A stretch of 64,000 bases of DNA from Yuukianura sp. NJ FZ-2021 (GCA_046563655.1 CM102287.1:7006001-7070000), one strand, 5' to 3'. Positions 13,578-27,543 are shown, counted from the stretch's first letter. Notes: generated from the sequence alone by a model not told the origin. Numbers and translations: made by a program.

Positions 13578-14507
13578 TGTTACCGATGTTCAGAGTAGGA
13601 AAAGCACTGTGTGAAGTGTTAAATCCTCAAATCCAACACAAAGATGACACGAGGTACTAGCAGCAAATCGATTCCTCTTATTATGCCCTCTTGTTGGAAT
13701 GATCGATTAAATTGGCAAATGGAAACGGCTTGAAAATTACTAGAAAATTGAATAGAAATCAACAAAGAAACACATTGCCGATGTTATAGCGGTTGAAGTA
13801 AACTCTAACGACAATCACTGTAATCACAGTGTAGACATAGTGTAAGCACTTTTTAGTATGGCGACGTTGATTGCCTACGGTAGATTAGTTGTAACCAGAC
13901 CACAATCGATACATAGCGTGTAAATAATAAATGGAACAGCTAATTCCTTAATTAAACTGTAACCAGGTGATTATAACCAGCGTTAGCCAATACTTGGCTG
14001 TAAATACGGCATATCATATATTAATATAATATATATAAATACCTATGTTTGATCTACCAAACACAACGTTACTGGAAAAGACGGTTAGGGGAACAAATTG
14101 ATGTAACCCGCCCCTCGCATAACTACCAAATTATCAGAATCATACGCAGAATTAAGGAGTAACGCTCATCAGTTTAGTCGCACGCTGTAGTCACTCCAAC
14201 CATTTTGTATGACGGTGACAGGTTATTATGAGTGGCCAGCCTCTGTAAACTTAACAAGCCCAATCGAAGTGGTAACAGAAGAAGCTGCGGTTGCACTGAT
14301 GATCATGAAATCTTAACCCAACCATTCATACTACAACACGAAGAGGAGCTACTATTCCGCATACACTACAGAAATCGGGATACCTTGCGATTAGTACTGC
14401 TAAAACTCATCGCGAGCAAATACGGAGTGAGTCGAGATGTTTAGCCAAAGAGCATTCAAATTAAAGGCAAAAAGTGGGTGGAGAAAAATTATTGTTTAAT
14501 TTGATTA

Positions 14508-15832
14508 TTAAATTGTTTTAGATTGTTGTTTTGTACCACCGTATGTTTTTGGTAGTTGGCTTTTGGGAATAAGATTGTCCAAGTAGTCCCATTCTGTCGG
14601 ATCAGATCCGTACAGCTTCAACGCTCTCAGGGTACCTGGGGACATTAGTCCTCGCACTGAAATTAAAAATTAAGTTTGTTTTAATTTTTTTTTGACAACC
14701 AAAATTGCATTGAAAATTTGAAAATGCTTACCTAAATTGGCAAGTGAGTCGAAAGCTTTCGGTACTAAAAAATAAAATATTGCATTACCAGTTTTACTTC
14801 AACGAAATTATTTAGAAGCGGTAGAAACTTACCGTTGATTGCCATAATGTTTCTGCAAGAATTGGTGTAGTAATTTTCATAATTTTGTACAAACTCCACG
14901 AAAAATGGAATGCCTTAAACCAAATTGCCGTTTAATTATTAAGTTAATTCCGAGGAGTTACGTTAATGTGTATTTACATGCTAAACACCCGTGTTTCCTC
15001 AGCGAAAATCCATTGTAGTTAGCAAGCATAATCCACTGACTAACTTTGGGGTTTGTATTGTGAATTTCCATAGCCTGGGTGAGCATTTTCTCCAACATTT
15101 GAATCATGTACCGATGCAATTCCTCACCTTTTCCAGCAATCATTACTCTCCGCACGTCCCATTTTCCAAAGTCAATTAAAGCAACTAAAAATTAAATTGA
15201 CTAGAAATAAATTTATTAAATAATTAAGAATAATGAGTTCATTAGCGTTAAGGAACTAGTGCCAATTTACTTGGGCTGCCTGCAATGTCATGATAACTGG
15301 TGTCATATTCCATGTGCTTGTCCAGGAACGCATTCTTTTCAATTATGGTTTTGTCAATATTGTTGTTCTTCCTCCATTTTATAGCCTGATTTAAAAAACA
15401 AACTAAATGGACAAATTATTTCAATTATTTCGAAGATTTAGTTTTGTAGAATTTTGCCTTCAGCAATTTTGTTTTGGCGTCTTCCAAGTCAAACTTGCGA
15501 TCTGTAAAAATAGACGTAAAACGAAAGCTTCTCAAAGCCTCAAAGTTTCAAAGCTTCTCTTTCAACTTTTTTTTTGAAATTTTATGTAACATTTTTGGAG
15601 GGATAACCTTCGATCCAACGCATTAGAAAGACATCAGTGCGCATGAGCGGTAAGTACAATTCGTTTTCTACCATGGGTCTAAACTAAAAAATCGGTTTTG
15701 TTTAATAATATTTGTAGAAAATCAATTTGATGTTACCTTTTCGAGTGCCTCTTTTCCTTCTTTTGTCAAATTTTGGGAGTAAAGACAAGGTATAATTCCA
15801 AGCACTACCAAAATGAGCTTAAGAAAATCCAT
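14508..15832 (-). CDS. SEC14/CRAL-TRIO lipid-binding protein with N-terminal signal peptide (paralogue 1)
   Basis: Leader MDFLKLILVVLGIIPCLYSQ, then TDVFLMRWI..RKFDLEDA, AIKWRKNNNID, FGKWD, NGFSLRKHGC and C-terminal SQLPKTYGGT. Confidence 0.85.
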
Positions 15833-16293
15833 CGTATGGAGAATTTGAATAAAATTCGTTTTCCAGGTTCGTAATTTGCTTGACGTTGTGTTGCAAGGCC
15901 AATCTCAATCTGATCTCTAGTAAGATGATCACTGATCGATCAGCGATTGATTCCAGTTCCAGCATTGAAAACAGCAGATATAACCAAGGCCAAAGTAGTT
16001 CATTTTTATTACAACTATTTTACATAATGGTCCACGAAAAACTTGTTCTGTGAAAAGGAAACTGCGAATAAAATAGTAAAGTACTTCATCAATTACAAAA
16101 GAAGTGCATTTTTTTTATTGAAATTGGCTGGATTCGAGTTTCCAGAGACAATAAGACAGAATAATTTTCGTTAACTCAAGTTTTAAATGTGTTATTAAAG
16201 TAAAGTACAAAACTGTAGTCTGCACACTAGCTTAACCTAACATAACCTAACACGTATCGACTATCCTTGGACGCTTGTGTTTTGAGGATTCTA

Positions 16294-16581
16294 TTAGTTC
16301 ATCTTCGGATCCGGTTCTGGGTTCGTACTTGTTCGGTTTGTCCTTGGGCGAGCCACCATCACCAATTCTCCATTAGAGGATGTTCTTTTCTTCTCCTCCA
16401 GTCTGGATTCCTTTTTCGTACCAAATGCTGCTGTAAAACGGAAATGAATTATCAAATTTTTTAATGAATTACAAATTTTAAAACAAAGGGTAGCTTAAAA
16501 CCATATTCTTTCGGTGTTAGATTTAAAAAAGAAATTAAACCTACCCTTCTCTGTCGATGCTGCTGAAACGCAACTTCCCAT
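16294..16581 (-). CDS. Candidate 57-aa N-myristoylated/palmitoylated microprotein (exons 16581-16545, 16430-16294)
   Basis: MGSCVSAASTEK|AAFGTKKESRLEEKKRTSSNGELVMVARPRTNRTSTNPEPDPKMN*. Donor GTAGGT and acceptor TTTTACAG are in phase. Confidence 0.55.
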
Positions 16582-17410
16582 TGTTAAAATTTCTCTGTTT
16601 CGTTTTGCCCTCCGAGCTATTTAATTTCTGTAAACGGAATGCTTGATTATGTTCATTAACTTTATACAGTCCAATTTACTTTTGTTTGATCAAGCAATGA
16701 CTGATTGTGATTATGAAATTCACGTCATGTTATTGTAAATCAGCTTCCGATGAATCATCGTTGCCCACTTTCAAAATCGAATCTGAGATAGGGACGCTAC
16801 GCAAACGAAGTATGTAACGTACTTTTTACATAGGCGTTGTTATTAATTATGTGATGATAAATAATGACTAATAATAATAATCATAGAAATACGTTTTTGA
16901 TATATTTCCTTTCCAGACCATTCGTCACAACAATTCAAGGAAAATTCAAGGATTTAAAATATGTAATCTCTAATAAGCAGCATTAGATTATTGAAGTTTC
17001 ATAAAGTCATGAACTTGGGACCAATCTAAACGACGAAGGTTTCTCCCAGAAAGGCTAGCTCCTGTTGGACAAGAACGTGTTTCCGACGATTTATGTCATA
17101 CTTGCTCACTTCATGTCATTTTACACAGAGACACAATTTCCCGAATCCTACTGCGCGCGTAACCAAGGAGCGTTGTACGTGTATTGTTAAATTAAGGTGT
17201 CACTGGGTCAACTTCTCCGAAGAAACGTCCTTGTCATTCATTTTGGGCAACCCTGAACCTGAAAAATGACGTTTAATATATCTAGTTCTCTCCAAAAAAG
17301 AACACGTTTTTGTCTCGAACAGTTATAAATATCTTCTGCCTGCATCAATAATCGTAATAAATGTTGGACTTATTCAAATTATTCCTTTAAAGTAACATAT
17401 TTGGTTGTTT

Positions 17411-19339
17411 TTACTCAAAATTAAATTTGTCGTGTTTCATTTGTTTAGCCAGAAGAAATTCTTCTCTAAATTCTGTTTCCGTTTCTAAGATTTGCACCCC
17501 ATTGGCCTTCGCTTCTTCAAATTCTGAAATAATCTGTTTCTTGAGACTTCTGTTCGTTGCATTTGTAAGTAATACACCCAGGCCTTGCTGCAAAAAGTAC
17601 AACTGCCTTCCTTCAAAATAAAAAAAAGGCTTTCAGATTTAAAATTCGTGTGATTTTAAATTTAAACTTTAAATAACGCTAACCTCGATGTGTAGTAAGT
17701 CCTGGGGCAATGACTTCAAGAAGCTGTAAATTTTTCCGACTGAGTTCGGCAAGCCGGTTCGCCAGATTCAATTTCAGTTCATCCTTTGCTCGTTGCTTTC
17801 TTTTGCCACCAGAATTCATCTGTATAGACGACGTTTCGCTTGCCAAAATATATGAAGTTCTCTGAAGTATTTCTTGTTCGATTTCATGAATCAAGTAATG
17901 GTTAGCATGGAGCTGTGGAGTGAATTTCGTTCTAAGCGTTTCTAGCTTGAGAACTGCCGCCAAACTATTTTCGTCTTCAATTTCGTCCTTTTCTTTTCTG
18001 ACCTTGGCCAACAGCGTCTCAATGGCTTGAACTGAGGTCAAAGGGCAACTGCCTCCCGTAGAGCATCTCCATTCTGAGAATTCGTCTAGAGAGTTCGTCG
18101 GTAGCAAATATCCGGAACAGCAATGGAGACAAGCGACACTAGAAAAGTTCGAACCGAGTTCCGACGGGTCGGAGCAACGGAAACAACAGCATGCAAAGTA
18201 TTTCGACTCCTGGGAGAATATTGTAATAGTTAAGCGCTGACCAACGCTGTTGCTCTGGTACGTTTCGTTGCCTTACCGTACTGGCCAAAGTTATTATTAG
18301 CTAAGCTTTATTTGTCTTACCTGAAGATGTCGGCGTCGTTCCAGCGTTCCGAGAATTGTTTCAGAATAGGGCTGAGTGATTGACTCCCCTTTAGAAATAT
18401 TTCGCAATGCTCTGAGGACATACTTTGATTTGCCATTAATCTGCCATTTTCCATTTGGGATACAGTCGTGAGCTGGCATACTGGCATAGTAAAACAGGTA
18501 AGACCCAAATCGACACTGCACCGACGCACTGCCCATATTATCTTCAGTAACAAAGGCATTTGTAGCTAGGACTCCTAGGACATGGTCAATTTCTTCAGAG
18601 TTAAACTCTATCAGTTGACATACTTTATGGATGAATTCTATGGCAGATTTTGACAAAAGTTGACCTCTGTGTGTTTTGTGTCTTTCGGTGACATGGCTCT
18701 GGAGGTCACGAATTCTTGTCCAATGAGAGGGATGATGATTTTTGAGCAAAAGGCATCGTAGAACTAATACTTTTTCGTACATGTGCACTTCTCGCTTACT
18801 GAAAGGCTTCATATAATTCTTGGCAAAAATTTGACACTCTTGCGCATGAATCGGATTCTAAAATTTTGATTTTTCAAGGATTAGTACCGTTACTACTCGT
18901 AAGTATTTTTTTTTATTGTTCAGAAAATTATTTTTGGAACCTTTTGACATTTGAGGTGAATTGGCCATCGACATTTGGTGCAATTTTCATTTTCATTTTT
19001 CATTTGTTGGTAACAACCTAAACACAGCGGATGAATAGCAGCACGACCATTTGGGCCAGAAATTATCGGATCCTCTGTGAGTATCACTTCCCCTGCGCTG
19101 ATTGGTCTACTGGCTACTAAATGTCTTCCAAGAACTTCGTTTTGAACAATCCTTCCAGGGAAACACTCTGTGCGATGTCGCTTCCAGTCTTGACGCTGAT
19201 GATCTTTGGAACAGTAGTTGACCTTGACACAATTTGCACAAGAACTAGGCGATGGTTGTCGACACACTTCGCATGGAAGAACGCTATTGGCGCCAGATGC
19301 CTGTGCATCCGCAATTGTCCAATTTTCCAAGGAACCCAT
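17411..19339 (-). CDS. SET and MYND domain protein (arthropod SmydA/msta-like)
   Basis: MYND finger (CANCVKVNYCSKDHQRQDWKRH), split SET (GRHLVASRPISAGEVIL; AHDCIPN; GTLERRRHL), post-SET YFACCCFRCSDP, and APGLTTHRG. Confidence 0.9.
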
Positions 19340-20216
19340 ACTCCGCGTGTGTCTCCGAAGTTTTGCACAAATCGTGCAAAACAATATGACAAAAATTTGC
19401 ACAAGTTTTATACTACTACAGGGCGTTAAAAATTTGCACAACTTCTGAGAGTTTTAATAGAGGTCATGATTTAGAAATCTTTACTGTATCGTATACTACC
19501 GTTTGAGTGTCGAAAGATTTTGTAGTGGCCAAAAGCTCTCTATTTTGGGCTTTTTCTAGTCCCTTGTTCTTGTTCTAAAAATAATCTGCTAAGATGAATT
19601 CCAGTTTTAATTTAGAAAGGAACAAAGGGAGCCGAAATAGGAACAAAAACATGAGGACGCGGAGCGCCTGGCGTTTTTCTCCTTTCCTGCTGTCATGTGT
19701 CATGTCAGTCTTCCAGATTTGAATTATAAATGCAGAAATCGAAGTAAAATTCCGCAATTTCGATTTCTTATGTAAGTTGTAACAGCCATTCTACATATTC
19801 GCAATCGATGCCATTTTGAAATACGTTCTGGAATGGAGTTTTCAAACAGAATTCTATTTCTAAAACATTATAAAAAATACAAAATACAACTATTAAAAAA
19901 ATATTCTCGTCTTAGTTGTTGGATCTAAAGCAAATTTTTTCACGCAGTTTAAAGAAGATAAATTAAGTCGTTTTGAACCAGAGTTTATTATTATGAGCAA
20001 TGTGAAATATTTCCCGGAATTTTATGCGAAATTGAAATAAATTAAATATGACCACAACATCGGACCGGAAACCAGGAATTCTAACTAAAGCATTTTGTCT
20101 TTTAAAATTAGTTACAAGGGCAAAGCAACTTTTTCCAATTAGGAACACTATACCAATGAACATTAAAACCAAAGTACACTTAAAACATAGAAGTGGAACA
20201 GTGAATTTTTCAAAAA

Positions 20217-20581
20217 ATGAAACTCATCTTAAGGTAAGTACACTCTTAACTCGCATAGTGGGACGTTGCGATACCCTGATCTTTATATTTTCTTTGTCAA
20301 GATATACGTGGCTCTATTATGCTATTTGTCTATTGGGAATTGTTGACCTTGTGGTAAGTACGTATCGAGTGAACCAGTATTACTACCGTCCAGAGGTCAA
20401 AGGTCACGTGAAAGAAAAGAAACCGACGACCCACTGTGTTAAGCCCCATGGAACTTGCGGAAGTGCGACGGGAGTGAATAAGTGGTGCTGCCCTCCCATG
20501 ACCTGCCAGGCACAAACTCCTGGAGGACGTAGGCGCTACAATGGCAAAAACAGGAAGATTTGCCGATATGCTTACGGATAA
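20217..20581 (+). CDS. Secreted knottin (ICK)-like peptide A (exons 20217-20233, 20302-20581)
   Basis: Leader MKLILRYTWLYYAICLLGIVDLVVS. Mature region has six Cys: C-X6-C-X9-CC-X4-C-X18-C. Confidence 0.75.
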
Positions 20582-21056
20582 CTCTGACGCGCATTAGTTA
20601 TAAGAATTGACAAAAATAAACAAGAGTTATTCACTGAAATGCCAGTCTTGTAATAAATTTCCTTTTCGGGTGAGGGTCTGGCAAAGGTCAAAATCAAATT
20701 CACTTTCTATTAAACATCAAGACATAAATTAGAGATGCCCGCAAGGTTTCCTACTTTTCGAATCTGAAATTTGAATACTTCTAGTCAAATGGTTTTTATA
20801 AATAGTTTCACGGTTTCAGGAAAGAGAAATTGTGGGAATTTACTGAATTCGTCGTGGAGCTTCATTTTTTTTTGTATAATAAATTAGTTTTAATTAGATC
20901 ATAGGTTTTGCGGAACGGAAATACTCCCTGCTCAAACCGCATTCATGGCCTCAAAAAATGCTTAAATAGTTATAGCTCGCAGTTATTATTTTAAAATTAG
21001 CTAAATTCGATCCCCGGAAAAGCACTGTAAAAAAAGCTGACTCAAATAACTGAACA

Positions 21057-21573
21057 ATGACAACCAAAGCTCACGCGTAAGCCACTGTTAATTTAACAAC
21101 CATAGCAAATTACACGATAATTAAGAAAATAAGAGTCACGGAGCCGTTTAACCATTAGAACTATACAATGCTCAAAATCATTATCTTTAATTTAAAAAAG
21201 AATTATAATAGAAAGAGCTTCCTGACCATAAGTTAATTCTAAAAATCTTTATTATTTTAATTTTTTTTACAAATTCGTGCGTAATTTTTGTTTAATAAGG
21301 TGTTTGGGGCTTGTCCTGGTCATTCCAATTTTGATTTTGGTGGACTCTGTCGTTTTTGCAAATGCACAGCGGAACTACAATGCTTTGTCTCCAGAGGTCA
21401 AAGTTCACGTAAGCGAGAAGCAACCGACTCAATGTGTTAGAGCCCACGGAACTTGTGGAGGTCCAGGATTCGGAAGCAAATGGTGCTGCCCGCCCATGAA
21501 GTGTCAAGCCGACGCACCAGGAGGGCGCAGACGCTACAACGGCCCCACCAGGAAGACATGCCGCCATGTCTAA
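21057..21573 (+). CDS. Secreted knottin (ICK)-like peptide B (exons 21057-21076, 21300-21573)
   Basis: Leader MTTKAHACLGLVLVIPILILVDSVVFANA. Mature region CVRAHGTCGGPGFGSKWCCPPMKCQADAPGGRRRYNGPTRKTC. Same phase-2 intron as paralogue A. Confidence 0.75.
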
Positions 21574-22189
21574 ATTTGTTAAGTTACAAATCTAACAAAA
21601 TTAAAGACATATATAAATGTTGCAAAATAATACGAAAAGCTTACAATTTTCGGATCTACTTAAACAATTTATGAAATTATGCAGATAAATAAAATTTAAA
21701 TATAAAACGCAGATTTATTTCTAATTTGGGACCAAAGTATAGACGTGGTGTGATGTCTGTCATTTTTTATAAAAAGATAAAAGACACGAGGAAAAAATAG
21801 TTTGTGTTCAAAAGTGAAAACTTTTTAAGTGCGAGATGTCATAACCACAACCAGTGCAGGTATAACAGAAATATGCACATGACATTTCATTGTGACCTTG
21901 GAATTAAAAGCACATCAGGGTCAAAATGGCAAAGTGCGAAACACTTTTTGACATTCCAGTTTATCAAAATGGAATGATGATAGCAACTGACTGAGATTTA
22001 AACCAACCAAAAGTGTTAACTTAATCGGTATTTTTTAATTCCTGCCTTGCCTTGTGCAGTACAATAGTACAATAAATAGTAAAATAGTAATTAAATAATG
22101 CAATAGTACAATAGTACAATTCTGTTTTAAGGTTAAATTTTAGTTAAATTTCAATTTAATTTTAAAGTTTGGACAGTCTTAATTTCAAA

Positions 22190-25061
22190 ATGAAGTTCCT
22201 TCTTCCTTTGATTGCGCTTCCATTTCTTTTGTTTCCATCTACAAGATACTTCTTTGTATACTACCACAGAGCGTTTAATTATTACTACGACTATGTCGAA
22301 ACTAGTTTCGAGAGTGACATCGAAGCAGAAAATTTCGACTTCATTGTTGGTAAGTCAATTTTAAACTTTTAAGAATTAAAACAAATACAAAAACATTAGA
22401 CGAAAATTTTTAATATTACGACACACAACTTGTAGTTGGTGCTGGAAGTGCTGGAGCAGTCGTGGCTTACAGGTTATCGCAACACTATAAAGTTCTTCTA
22501 CTGGAGGCCGGTGGTGACCCGTCTGGTCTGTCCAGCATTCCTGGATTCGCCCTTGACTTACTTGGATACAAAGAGCATGACTGGGACTACAAGTCAATTC
22601 CACAGAAAAACATGGCTTTGAGTCACGACAATCAGGTTAGCGGCAAGCTAGCTCTAATTAGAATTGACTATATTTACAAATTAACCTTGGTGACCTTTGA
22701 CCTTTCAGCAAATTTCACACAACAGAGGAAAAGTCATGGGAGGCTGTAGCACCTTGAACTACATGTTGTACTTGAGAGGCCATCCACTGGACTATGACAA
22801 CTGGGCTAACATTACGCAAGACTCGAGTTGGAACTATGAAAATTTGTTGCCATATTTCAAAAAGTCGATCAAAAAGTACAATGGACAATTTCAGGAAAAT
22901 AGTAAGATTTCACATTGGAAATTTAAAAAAAATTGGGTATTAAAACTTCTATAATTGAAACGTATTTTTAGAAAAGCATTACGAAGGATCTCCCTATGGA
23001 TTTTTAACAATTGAGCAAGTCAAGTGGGACAAAATGCGAAAAACCTTGTTACAGGCAGGAGCGGAGTTGGGACTTGGAACGGATTTCGATGCTAATGGAC
23101 CACAAACTTCTGGTAAGCACTTTTCACCCAATTTTGAAAATTTGATGAATTTGAAGTTTGAAATGCAATTTTTCATAAAAAGTTTTCTCGATAGGTGCAA
23201 AAACACTTGAGGTCACACAGAGACTAGGAGAGCGTCTGTCAACTTACGCAGGAATTTTTGAAGGAAAGTCATTGAAAAATCTTCGTGTTTCAAAATATTC
23301 TCATGTGTCGAAGGTATGAAACAACCTAAAAATTCAAAAAATTGTGCGATTTTTCTATCTCTGTTGAAATTTGAGTAACATCAATTAATGTTAAGGTAAA
23401 ACTGGATTCAAGTGGACGTGCTGCAGGAGTTTGGTTTTATAAACATGGAAAGAGGCATTTTGCACGAGCTTCCAAAGAAGTAATTCTCAGTGCTGGAGCC
23501 TTTGACTCACCAAAATTACTTTTGCTTTCGGGAATTGGTCCAACAGCAGAACTGAAATCTCATGGAGTAAGTCAATACAATTTCATAACAAAATTCAGTT
23601 TGAAAGATCAAATGTATAATGGAATCAATTTTTTCAGATAAAACAAAGAGTGAACTTACCAGTGGGAGAAAACCTTCAAGATCATTTCGGTGCTATTCTA
23701 CTGTCATTTTTAACAGCAAACGGAACATCTATGATGGTAGAACGAGACGCTGGTCTGGGAGACTTTTATGACTATTTTGTACATGGAACAGGTAGACTCT
23801 TCTTGTTTGAAATTTCAAACAGTTAGTTATTGAAAAGCTTTCTTTCAAAATTTAGGTTTTCTAACTGCGCCGACAGCCCTCAACGGTCAATTCTTTGCAA
23901 CAACTTCTGGAGTGAAAGGTGTTGATTGGCCTGATATCCAAGCACTGTTTGCTCCAGTTGCACCTTCCAACTTTTTGATTGATAACTTTGGAGATGCTTT
24001 GAGCATAAAGAAAGAAGTGTTTAGAGAGGTCATAACACCTATCCATGGTAGAGATGGATTAACTGTAATCACGCTGTTAGTAAGGCCAAAGAGCAGAGGT
24101 CAGTTGAGCCTCAAAGACAAAAATCCGTTTTCAGATCCATTAATAGGTAACCAACGTCTTAATTCTTAAGAGAATTTTGCGATCCAACTAAACTGGGTGT
24201 TTTTTAAATTTTGAAATTTAATTTCGCAAATCAAAGGAAAAACATGTTGCTACTTGCTATTTTTGTTTTTAGATCCAAGACCATTTTCTCATTCAGATGA
24301 TATGAAAACACTAATAGAAGGTAACCACAATAAAAATTTACTGAATCACATCACCCAAATACGTTAAGGCCTGAACTAATTATATTATTATTCTTAAAAT
24401 TATGAATTAATGCATTTTTTTAATCATATAGGAATCAATGCAACACTTCGTCTAGTAGAAGAATCGAATGCGTACAAAGAGTTGGATGCAAAATTTAATC
24501 CAATTCCATTTTCACAATGTAGTTCACACAAGTTTAGAAGTGATTCCTACTGGGAGTGTTACGTAAGGCATACAACATATGCAATTTGGTGAGTCATTAA
24601 TTACCAATTAGAAATCTTTATGAAAGTTTTCCAAAAAATCATAAATAGCACATTTCGTTTGGCGTTAAACATAAGACTGATTTGAATTTGATGTAGGCAT
24701 CCCGTGGGAACATGTAAAATGGCACATCCGAAGGATCCGTCGGCTGTGGTAGACTCACAATTACGGTAAATAGATTCTAATTATAAACTCACTTAAATAG
24801 GAACAACATTTTGTCTTTCTGCCAAAAATTGAATGTTTTTTTTTAAATTGTAATAGTGTTCTTGGAACTCGTGGTTTGAGAGTGATAGATGCTTCTATAA
24901 TGCCAGTCATTGTCAACGCAAATACAAATGCACCGGCTATTCTTATAGGAGAAAAAGGTGCTAGCTCAATTTTGGAGTATTGGGCTAGTCAGTACTTGGT
25001 GTGCAACTTCTTGGAGCCGTTGTTAGTTGCTTACCGTCGGAAATGTTTTTACTCAAATTAA
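22190..25061 (+). CDS. GMC oxidoreductase (glucose dehydrogenase [FAD, quinone]-like)
   Basis: [76 protein letters not shown] and [16 protein letters not shown]. Confidence 0.95.
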
Positions 25062-25196
25062 TTTTACACTTAAAATAATGCAAACAAGGTTATTAAAAAT
25101 TGAAAATTTGAAATAACATAAGAAATTTCTGTAACAAATTTCGGTAGTAATACCACAAAGTTCATTGTGTCTTATATAAAACAAGCATTTCTAAGT

Positions 25197-26588
25197 TTAT
25201 CCGTTCAGCTTGTTCTTCACCTTACCACCAAACCGTTTGGGGAGCATGTCAAGGTCAATATAGTTCTCCATTTCTTTTGTCCACTCACTCCGGTCATATC
25301 CAAGCGTTATTATAGCTTCTCGTGTTGAAGTAGACATGAATGGCTGCATAACCCTTGCTACCGTATCATATACCGCTGGAGCTGAAAATAATCCCCAATC
25401 ATAGTTTTTGAGCTACTTGTACAACCAGCCTCCGAATTTGAAAACATTACGGTAACTGGCTATTAAATTAACATATGAGTTTGGAATAGTTTAGAACCAG
25501 AGTTTTTTCCTTACTGTTAATAACAAAAACCTTGTAGAAGTTGTATGGGTAGTACAGCTCATGATGCGTCACCCATGAAATATATAGTGGAATACCTGTA
25601 AATTGAGACATACGTGTATAAATTTTAAGAAGTACAGACTATAATGATTAAGGAATTGTAATATTTTTAAATGTACTAAATTAATAATAAGTTCAATGCT
25701 AACATGCGACACATGCTGACTTCCGTAGTGAAAATGTAGCGAGATCTGGTATCATTATAGACATAGTACTGTCACCAGTTAAGTTGAATGAAAGTACTGC
25801 CGTCATTTTCTCCAAGTATTTCGTGCGATCCGCAACCTCTGATATCTTGCCAGCCAGCGCTTTTTTTCGTATGTCCCATTCTCCGAAAGGTACTAATACA
25901 ACCTATAGTGTTCCCAAAACAATTAAATTTTTTAAACTAAAGAACTAACAATAATAAAGTTAGCGTTAGTACGTTTTTGAATTGGATGTTTACCTGGAGC
26001 TCCATTGCGAGCTCGATGTGAAAAATCTAGCACGTAGTTTTTGGCCATGTCAGGTGAAACTGCTACCAGAGTTAAGTCATCAATCCGTCTAGCCTTTCTC
26101 CATTCCAACGTCTTAAGTACAAGAAAAAATTCCGCACATTCAAAAAACTGTTGGAGTGATGATTTGATTGAGTTTTCATCAATTTCAAATTTTTAGATAC
26201 CTTTTCTAGGCCTCTCCTGGCCTCGACATCATTAAAATTTTTAGCTAAAAAATAACGTTCATGTTAAGCGTCTTTTGTTAAAAATTTTGAGAATGTTTGG
26301 TGATGACTCCATACCTTTTACCCACTTTACCAAGTAAGCATCTGACTGCATGTAGGTTGCTATGAGTCGGTGGCCCACAGCAGCCCTCAACTACAGAATG
26401 ACCAATTTCAATTTAAGATTAGTTGTTTCATTAATTACAATCTTTTTAAACATTGTCATTTTCAATTTACGAAATATAGGCATTGCCTTGTCTACTGCGA
26501 CTTTTTCCTTAGCTGTGAGAACTGGAGGTTTGCAGTCACAGAGAGTAAGTATAATGCAAACTCCAACCAAGGACGGCTTTAGAAACAT
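25197..26588 (-). CDS. SEC14/CRAL-TRIO protein with signal peptide (paralogue 2; two atypical splice junctions)
   Basis: MFLKPSLVGVCIILTLCDC-KPPVLT, YMQSDAYLVKWV, PFGEWDIRKK and MLPKRFGG. Exon-by-exon homologous to paralogue 3. Confidence 0.75.
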
Positions 26589-27543
26589 TGTCGCAGAGCT
26601 GTAAACAGTTTATTCTGTTTCACAATTAAAACTATTCACAGACAAATTATTTTATCACTTTTTTGGTGTAGCGAGAGTTAGTGGCTGAAATTTCGACAAG
26701 GTTGTATTTGATGAGGTTACGGAGGCCAGACTCAATAAGAATTTGGTTGTGCATAACAATGTTGTCTTGTCGTGATTTGAATAACTCATTCTGCGAATAT
26801 TTAGCAATTATAAGCGGATTAATTGGCAACTGCATTTTGTACTTGGCTTCGGAAGAATTTCAAATTAAACAACAAGAAGAACTTGTTCTTTAAATGAATC
26901 AAAGGCTGAAGTTTAAGTTCCGAGAAATTTCGGACTTGCATTTTTTTTAGCAAAGCCAGAGTATTAAATTTACAACTTCTTTGGAAATAGTAAGTCCGTA
27001 TGAATGAGCATGGATTTGGCGTTCAAAAAATTATTACCATTTTTCAAGAAAAGAATTCTGCTGTTTCTACATACTACTTCTTGTTGACTTCCAACAACTA
27101 TCATTGTGTTGCTGAAAACTGGTTTGCTTACGGACTACTATCTAAGTAATGGAATAGCAATTAGATCCAAGAGACAGCTTCCACTTTGTGGTGCCAACCA
27201 TATTAACTCTTTGTAATTTATTCTTTAAATAATATACATCGCAATAACGAGAAATTGTTGGAGTTATTATATTAATTTACTTGTTTAATAGATTTTAAAA
27301 AGACAAGAAGTAAGGCGTATGCAAGAATAAGCTACGGTTCACGTTTTCTGGTGCCCCGTATCGGCGTGGTAAGAGGTCAAGGTCAATGGTTTCACCGATT
27401 TTTTGCCCATTCCGATAGAACTAAGATTAAATATGAGCTATGGAAAGTCACTCTAAATTATTTAAGATTGATCCAGCTTTTTTTTGCATACACTGAATAT
27501 GAACCAAATTTTAAACAAAAACTGACGGAAAATGTATTGAATG

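Noticed and set aside
14295..14312. CTGATGA-TCAT-GAAA minimal hammerhead-like core
   Set aside because: No flanking stems I and III and no properly placed cleavage triplet.
20048..20216. N-terminal extension of the 177-aa ORF
   Set aside because: The ORF reads through an intron. The spliced model from ATG 20217 gives a proper signal peptide and matches the paralogue.
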